A stretch of DNA of 64,000 nucleotides, from contig CAZRTB010000003.1 of NCBI GenBank assembly GCA_964602915.1, forward strand, positions 75,914 to 139,913. The letters are read 5' to 3'. Source of the DNA: an uncultured Gammaproteobacteria bacterium (lineage in GTDB: Bacteria; Cyanobacteriota; Vampirovibrionia; 2-02-FULL-35-15). The translations under genes were made by a program, and so were the position numbers. Below are positions 59,410 to 64,000 of this stretch, in pieces. Position 1 is the first letter of the stretch; the number at the start of each line of letters is the position of its first letter. The notes under the pieces were generated by a model, which searched no databases, was not told the origin of the DNA, and worked only from the letters and a program-made list of their open reading frames with translations.

Positions 59410-60355
59410 TTTGGACGAGTAAATCATCTAGCTCTTTTAAGATTTTTTCATTTAACTTATTTTCTACAGCTAGACAGTTTTCAAGAGCTTGTTTCTCATT
59501 TCGAATACCAGGAATTGTAAGAGAAACAGCTTTATGGTTTAAAACAAAATTTAACGCTATGGAAATAAGTTCTTCTCTCTCATTACTTCCAGCTATTTTT
59601 TTAAATAAGTCAACTTTACGTAAAATATCATCAAGACCATTCCCTGAATACCTTCTGATCCTAAAATCATTTTCAGGAAAAGTTGTATCTTTATTAAATT
59701 TACCTGTTAAAGCACCGTATGCTAACGGCACTCTAGCTAAAATCCCAATATTATATTTTAAGGCTTTCGGGAGAAGATTTATTTTTGGAGTCTGCGCCAA
59801 TGCATTATAAACAACCTGAATAGTATCAATTCTTCCTGTTTCAATTAATCCTAAAGCCTCATCTTCCAGATCATCATGAACAGAGACTCCAATATATTTG
59901 ATCTTTCCAGATTTTCTTAAAGATGAAAGAGTTTCATACCAATCAGTATCCTCTGTCCAATTTTCTCTCCACGCATGGAGCTGTATCAAATCAATACATT
60001 CAATGTCCAGATTTTTTAAACTTTGTTCAACTGAAGAAATTATTTTGTCGGTAGGAAATGCATCCTTAGCATGTGTATCTGGTGCAGGTGGCCACATGAG
60101 GGGAGGAATCTTAGTAGCTATATAAACCTTATCTTTTCTCTCTTTCAATACTTTTCCTATTATTTCTTCGCTATGTCCGTTTCCATAAGCTAAGGCAGTA
60201 TCAATGAAATTTACTCCTAGATCCAGGGCTTTATGCAGGGCTTTTATAGAGTCATTATCATCCTGCGGCCCCCACATGTTTCCACCGATAGCCCATGCCC
60301 CAAAACCAATAACAGACACATTTAAATTTGTTTTTCCTAATTTTTGATACCTCAT
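59390..60355 (-). CDS. Aldo/keto reductase family oxidoreductase
   Basis: MRYQKLGKTNLNVSVIGFGAW N-terminus and aldo/keto reductase (AKR) catalytic tetrad context. Confidence 0.85.
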   Translation of the reverse strand: MRYQKLGKTNLNVSVIGFGAWAIGGNMWGPQDDNDSIKALHKALDLGVNFIDTALAYGNGHSEEIIGKVLKERKDKVYIATKIPPLMWPPAPDTHAKDAFPTDKIISSVEQSLKNLDIECIDLIQLHAWRENWTEDTDWYETLSSLRKSGKIKYIGVSVHDDLEDEALGLIETGRIDTIQVVYNALAQTPKINLLPKALKYNIGILARVPLAYGALTGKFNKDTTFPENDFRIRRYSGNGLDDILRKVDLFKKIAGSNEREELISIALNFVLNHKAVSLTIPGIRNEKQALENCLAVENKLNEKILKELDDLLVQTIQKTH

Positions 60356-60547
60356 AGTTTTAAGATTATATATTAGTCATAAGATTAAAAATGCTTAATA
60401 TTACATAGTGATAACACTTTAAGTTTATATTTTTACTCATTTAATCAAACATTATCCAAAAATCCTATAAATAAGAAGTAATTGTAAGTTTTAAAATAGC
60501 AAAGATAGGGAAGGACCTAATCATTAGCACTTCTTGGAGATTATAAC

Positions 60548-61801
60548 GTGAAAAAAATAACATTGTTTATTGTTTTGATTTGTCTATTACTTTTAAATTT
60601 AAAGACTTCATTTACTTATGCCCAAGATTCTAATGAATGCACTTTTGATGCAGACTGTAGTGAAGGATATTTTTGTAATAGTGGAATTTGTGAAATTGAA
60701 AAAACTGTTAATTTAAGAGAATTAACAACAGGATCTCCAGCATACACACAACCTACGGCAACTACAACTCCATACTCATCCCCAGCATACGTAGCTCCTA
60801 CAGCTACTGCAACTCCATATTCATCCCCAGCATACGTAGCTCCTACAGCTACTGCAACTCCATATTCATCTCCAATTAACACTATTGATGAGGTATGCAC
60901 CCTTGTTGATACTGGAATTTCTACTCCAAACATTGATGCAACTGTTTTAAGTAGAGAAATTAAAGCCCTTAAATCAGGAAAAACTTCAAGAAAAGTAAAA
61001 AGCTTTAAAGAAGAAAATGGTTATAAGTTAGTGGAAATATATAACTCTAAATCTTCAAAAACTTCATTCGTAAAATTGAAATGTGGAATAGATAAAACTT
61101 GTGAAATTGGCAAAGATTGGACATGTAGTGATAGTGGCTGTGAAGAATGTAAAGAAATAATAGTACGTGGAAAAACAGTAAAGGCTTGTGTTTTAAAGAG
61201 TTTTGCAGAATGCTCTACTGATAATGGAATTATTTATACTGAAACAGGAGGGACAAAACCTGCTTACTGTACAGATCGTTCAAAAGCCTGTGTAGTAAAA
61301 AAAGGTCCTCTTACCTTTGACGAACCCTTTGATCCCCCTACCGTAAGCTGTAAATGTGAAAAACAATGTGATCCACCTTGTGGACCATGTGAAATTTGTG
61401 AGGTTCTTCCAGGAGAAGACAAAGGAAGTTGCTGGCTAAGACCCGGTGCAAACTGTAGCCATGAAGGTATAAGTGGTGACTGTGATGGATTAGGAGCTAA
61501 TAATTATTGCTATGCAAAATCTTGTCGCTGTGGCAAACCACCCATAGAAAAACCAGCTTCTCCAAAACCAGATCCAGGATTACCACTTTGTGGAAACAGC
61601 GGACCAGCTTGTAATGGTACTTGTAAAAATGGAAAGACCTGTCAACCTACAGTTGTAGAAGGTGAAGGAGCAGTTATTATTGGCGGTGGAGGCGGTGGTG
61701 GTTATTTCGGAGGCGGTGGCTGGGGTGGCGGCGGTGGCGGCTTCTGGTGGTCCACTGGTAGCGGAGGAAAACCTGCTAAAAAGGCTTGTATTTGTAGATA
61801 G
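60548..61801 (+). CDS. Secreted cysteine-rich protein with a 15-aa tandem repeat (PAYVAPTATATPYSS, three copies) and a poly-Gly/aromatic C-terminal tail
   Basis: Signal peptide; N-terminal CxxxDCxxxxxCxxxC module; more than 40 Cys; GGGGGGGYFGGGGWGGGGGGFWW tail. Confidence 0.7.
   Translation: MKKITLFIVLICLLLLNLKTSFTYAQDSNECTFDADCSEGYFCNSGICEIEKTVNLRELTTGSPAYTQPTATTTPYSSPAYVAPTATATPYSSPAYVAPTATATPYSSPINTIDEVCTLVDTGISTPNIDATVLSREIKALKSGKTSRKVKSFKEENGYKLVEIYNSKSSKTSFVKLKCGIDKTCEIGKDWTCSDSGCEECKEIIVRGKTVKACVLKSFAECSTDNGIIYTETGGTKPAYCTDRSKACVVKKGPLTFDEPFDPPTVSCKCEKQCDPPCGPCEICEVLPGEDKGSCWLRPGANCSHEGISGDCDGLGANNYCYAKSCRCGKPPIEKPASPKPDPGLPLCGNSGPACNGTCKNGKTCQPTVVEGEGAVIIGGGGGGGYFGGGGWGGGGGGFWWSTGSGGKPAKKACICR
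60733..60871 (+). repeat. Three tandem copies of a 45-bp coding repeat; copies 2 and 3 are identical at the DNA level except for one base
   Basis: CCAGCATACGTAGCTCCTACAGCTACTGCAACTCCATATTCATCC is repeated back to back; copy 1 has diverged. Confidence 0.85.
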
Positions 61802-61809
61802 AAATAAAG

Positions 61810-63747
61810 ATGAAAAGATATTTAATAAAATTAAAATTATTTATCCTATTTATAGTTCTAGCACTCACATTAAAATCCTCTTTTGCATATCCAATGCAAC
61901 CCTGCACATCAAACTCTGATTGTTCAATTCTGGGAGAATCATGTAATGCTGGCTACTGCATTTCAGACTACCAGCCTCCCACTGATCCATGTGCTTCATT
62001 AGTTTGTCCTTATGGCTGTGCAAATGGTCAATGCTTACCATTTCCCGCTCAACAATGCATAACTCAAGGTAATCCTTGCTATGGACCTGATTCAAACTGT
62101 TGTACTGGACTTACTTGTAATAATGGAACTTGTTCTTCTCCATGTAGAATACTATCTCAGCCTTGTGCCTCTGACTCTGAATGCTGTACTGGCTATTCAT
62201 GTATAAATGGGTTTTGCTCTACTCCCCAACAATGCATAACTCAAGGTAATCCTTGCTATGAACCTGCTTTAAACTGCTGTACTGGACTTACTTGTAATAA
62301 TGGAGCTTGTTCTTCTCCAACACCAATTCCAACATCAACACCAATTCCAACATCAACATCAACACCAACATCAACTCCAGCATCAACAGCAACTCCAACA
62401 CCAACTCCAACATCAACACCAACATCAACAGAAACTCCAACAGCAACTCCAACATCAACACCAACATCAACAGCAACTCCAACACCAACTCCAACATCAA
62501 CACCTAGTCCTAATTGTATGCTTGATCATGGAGGAACTTGTTGCAACTCTAATAGCTGTAGTGGCACCAACCATGGAACGATTAACTGTACCAATAGTCA
62601 AATTTGTTGTGTCGGTACTTGTACAACACCAACACCTACACCCCCATCCCCAACTCCGTCACCATCTCCAAGTCCATCACCTTCTTGCTGTTGTGCATGC
62701 GGACAATGTAATATTCAAAACACTCTGGGTAAAAGAATAGAATTTGAGACAAACACTTTAGATGAGATAAATGATCGTGTAAAGGAAATTTTAAAAGAAA
62801 AGAATCTGTCTAATGACAACAAGAGGTTTCGTTCAAAAGGAAACTATAATGCAATAATCTCAACTGGTGAAATTATTAACGACGCTGTTTATGATGAAAA
62901 AACAAACCTTATTAAAGTAAGAGTTAAAAACCTAAGATCAAAAGATGGTCCTTCAAGTTCTGAAAAAGAAACATGGCTTGATTTTCAGGTAGCACCTGCT
63001 TGTGGAAATGCCTGTACTGTAGATGCAGACTGTGGTTCAAAATGTTTAAAATGTGACCCGGGTAATTTAAAATGTACATTAAAACCAAACTCTTGTTTAA
63101 AAGATACTGACTGTCCTACAAGTACAACTGTTGGATATAAGTGTACAAACTGTAAGTGTATTCCAAAGAATACTAAATGCGAAATAGTTGATCACGGAAA
63201 AGTAAGCGCAATAGCTGTCTGTTTTGCTGGAGGTAAAACAAAAAAAGTTCAAAAAAATGCTAATGATACAGCTTGTGAAACTGAAGGGTGTGATTGTGCC
63301 AGTGGAGGAAAAATTGGCACATGCCAAACAGAAGAAAAAATATTAACTGCCACATGTAGTATAGTTACTCCAAACGGGAATGCTATGGGATTTGATCAAA
63401 GGACATATCACGCTTGTAAGTGTGCAAACCTAATGAATCCTCCTCCGCCACCACCTCCTCCAGAGACATGCATAGGTGAAGACGAGAAAGATGTATTTGG
63501 TAATCCTGTAATTAACCTGCTTACCTGTGGAAAGTACATAGAACAACCTGATGGAACAATAAATCTCGAAATAACAAAATCCATAGAAGTACCTAACCAA
63601 AAATGTAAAAATCAGGGTGTTCAATGTGCAGAAGGTAAGAGATGTCAACAAATTGAAGTAGATCAAACTATAGATTGCCCTCCTGGTTCAGAACAAATTA
63701 ATAAAAAAGTAAAAGTCTGCGGGTGTTCAAGTCTGCCACTTCTATAA
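61810..63747 (+). CDS. Secreted cysteine-rich multi-domain protein: three tandem knottin-like (C-C-CC-C-C) modules, a Thr/Pro-rich hypervariable linker, further Cys-rich domains, and a poly-Pro stretch
   Basis: Signal peptide. Modules [28 protein letters not shown] (copies 1 and 3) and [25 protein letters not shown] (copy 2). [11 protein letters not shown] linker encoded by a 12-nt microsatellite. PPPPPPPP near the C-terminus. Confidence 0.7.
   Translation: MKRYLIKLKLFILFIVLALTLKSSFAYPMQPCTSNSDCSILGESCNAGYCISDYQPPTDPCASLVCPYGCANGQCLPFPAQQCITQGNPCYGPDSNCCTGLTCNNGTCSSPCRILSQPCASDSECCTGYSCINGFCSTPQQCITQGNPCYEPALNCCTGLTCNNGACSSPTPIPTSTPIPTSTSTPTSTPASTATPTPTPTSTPTSTETPTATPTSTPTSTATPTPTPTSTPSPNCMLDHGGTCCNSNSCSGTNHGTINCTNSQICCVGTCTTPTPTPPSPTPSPSPSPSPSCCCACGQCNIQNTLGKRIEFETNTLDEINDRVKEILKEKNLSNDNKRFRSKGNYNAIISTGEIINDAVYDEKTNLIKVRVKNLRSKDGPSSSEKETWLDFQVAPACGNACTVDADCGSKCLKCDPGNLKCTLKPNSCLKDTDCPTSTTVGYKCTNCKCIPKNTKCEIVDHGKVSAIAVCFAGGKTKKVQKNANDTACETEGCDCASGGKIGTCQTEEKILTATCSIVTPNGNAMGFDQRTYHACKCANLMNPPPPPPPPETCIGEDEKDVFGNPVINLLTCGKYIEQPDGTINLEITKSIEVPNQKCKNQGVQCAEGKRCQQIEVDQTIDCPPGSEQINKKVKVCGCSSLPLL
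62300..62515 (+). repeat. Imperfect microsatellite of about 12 nt (ACACCAACATCAAC-like units) encoding a Thr/Pro/Ser linker; it generates spurious ORFs on other frames
   Basis: Visible unit repetition in the DNA. Track ORFs 62288..62503(-), 62300..62740(+) and 62307..62507(+) are low-complexity artefacts of this repeat. Confidence 0.8.
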
Positions 63748-63778
63748 CTCATGTAGAAAATTTGATATTATTATTCTT

Positions 63779-64000
63779 ATGAATTATTTTTTAGTCAAAA
63801 CAGAGCCTGAAGAATATAGCTTTGAAACACTCCTTAAAGAAAAAAAAGTTATTTGGGATGGAGTAAGAAATTTTCAAGCCAGAAATAACTTAAAACTAAT
63901 GAAAAAAGGAGACCAGGTTCTCGTTTATCATAGTGGCAAGACTAAAGAAGTCGTTGGAGTAGCGGAAGTCATAAAAGAGCATTACACTGATCCAAAAGAC
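63779..64000 (+). CDS. EVE (PUA-like) domain protein, 3' partial at the window edge
   Basis: MNYFLVKTEPEEYSFETLL...WDGVRNFQARNNLKLMKKGDQVLVYHS matches the EVE-domain N-terminal consensus. Confidence 0.7.
   Translation, partial: MNYFLVKTEPEEYSFETLLKEKKVIWDGVRNFQARNNLKLMKKGDQVLVYHSGKTKEVVGVAEVIKEHYTDPKD

Noticed and set aside
62288-62740. ORFs encoding poly-Leu/Met, poly-Gln/His and poly-Asn/Ser peptides
   Set aside because: Alternative-frame readouts of the coding microsatellite in the 645-aa secreted-protein gene; not genes.
1-64000. CRISPR arrays, integrases/transposases, or prophage blocks
   Set aside because: No regularly spaced direct repeats with unique spacers, and no recombinase-like ORFs, were seen. 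The only tandem repeats are in-frame coding repeats in the secreted-protein genes.

Overview
This is a 64 kb chromosomal window from an AT-rich (roughly 33% GC by eye) Gram-negative (diderm) bacterium; lpxC and mlaE are both present. Genes are densely packed on both strands. Most are housekeeping: nadC-nadB-nadA, ribE-ribBA-ribH, sucCD, rpsF-ssb, ychF, tsaE, coaX, cinA, pepP, cstA, a peroxiredoxin, and a gabT/gabD-like pair. One tRNA with a CAU anticodon lies on the minus strand. Signalling genes are abundant: a GGDEF/HD-GYP hybrid, a CHASE2 class III nucleotidyl cyclase, and a GspE/PilB-like ATPase with an MshEN-like N-domain. I found no CRISPR array, integrase, transposase or rRNA. Several loci fall outside the ordinary and are reported separately in findings: (a) a 59-aa histone-fold (HBb/DUF1931-like) gene with a strong ribosome-binding site and an intrinsic terminator; (b) two adjacent secreted cysteine-rich proteins, one with three tandem knottin-like (C-C-CC-C-C) modules, containing perfect DNA tandem repeats, a Thr/Pro microsatellite linker and a poly-Gly/aromatic tail; (c) a small island between gabD and ribH with an overlapping XRE-HTH/Fic pair, an NPPF methyltransferase-like gene and a clan-CD caspase-like protease with a long Asn/Ser-rich insertion; (d) three adjacent hypothetical genes between mlaE and sucC; (e) orphan subunits (a NuoN-like antiporter, mlaE with no mlaF/mlaD, a single ABC permease); (f) a FadB-like protein with reversed domain order next to a patatin-like lipase; and (g) an IorA-like thiamine-pyrophosphate enzyme lacking Fe-S motifs. 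The lineage guess (Bdellovibrionota-like, or another low-GC diderm such as Leptospira-like) is inference from gene content only.
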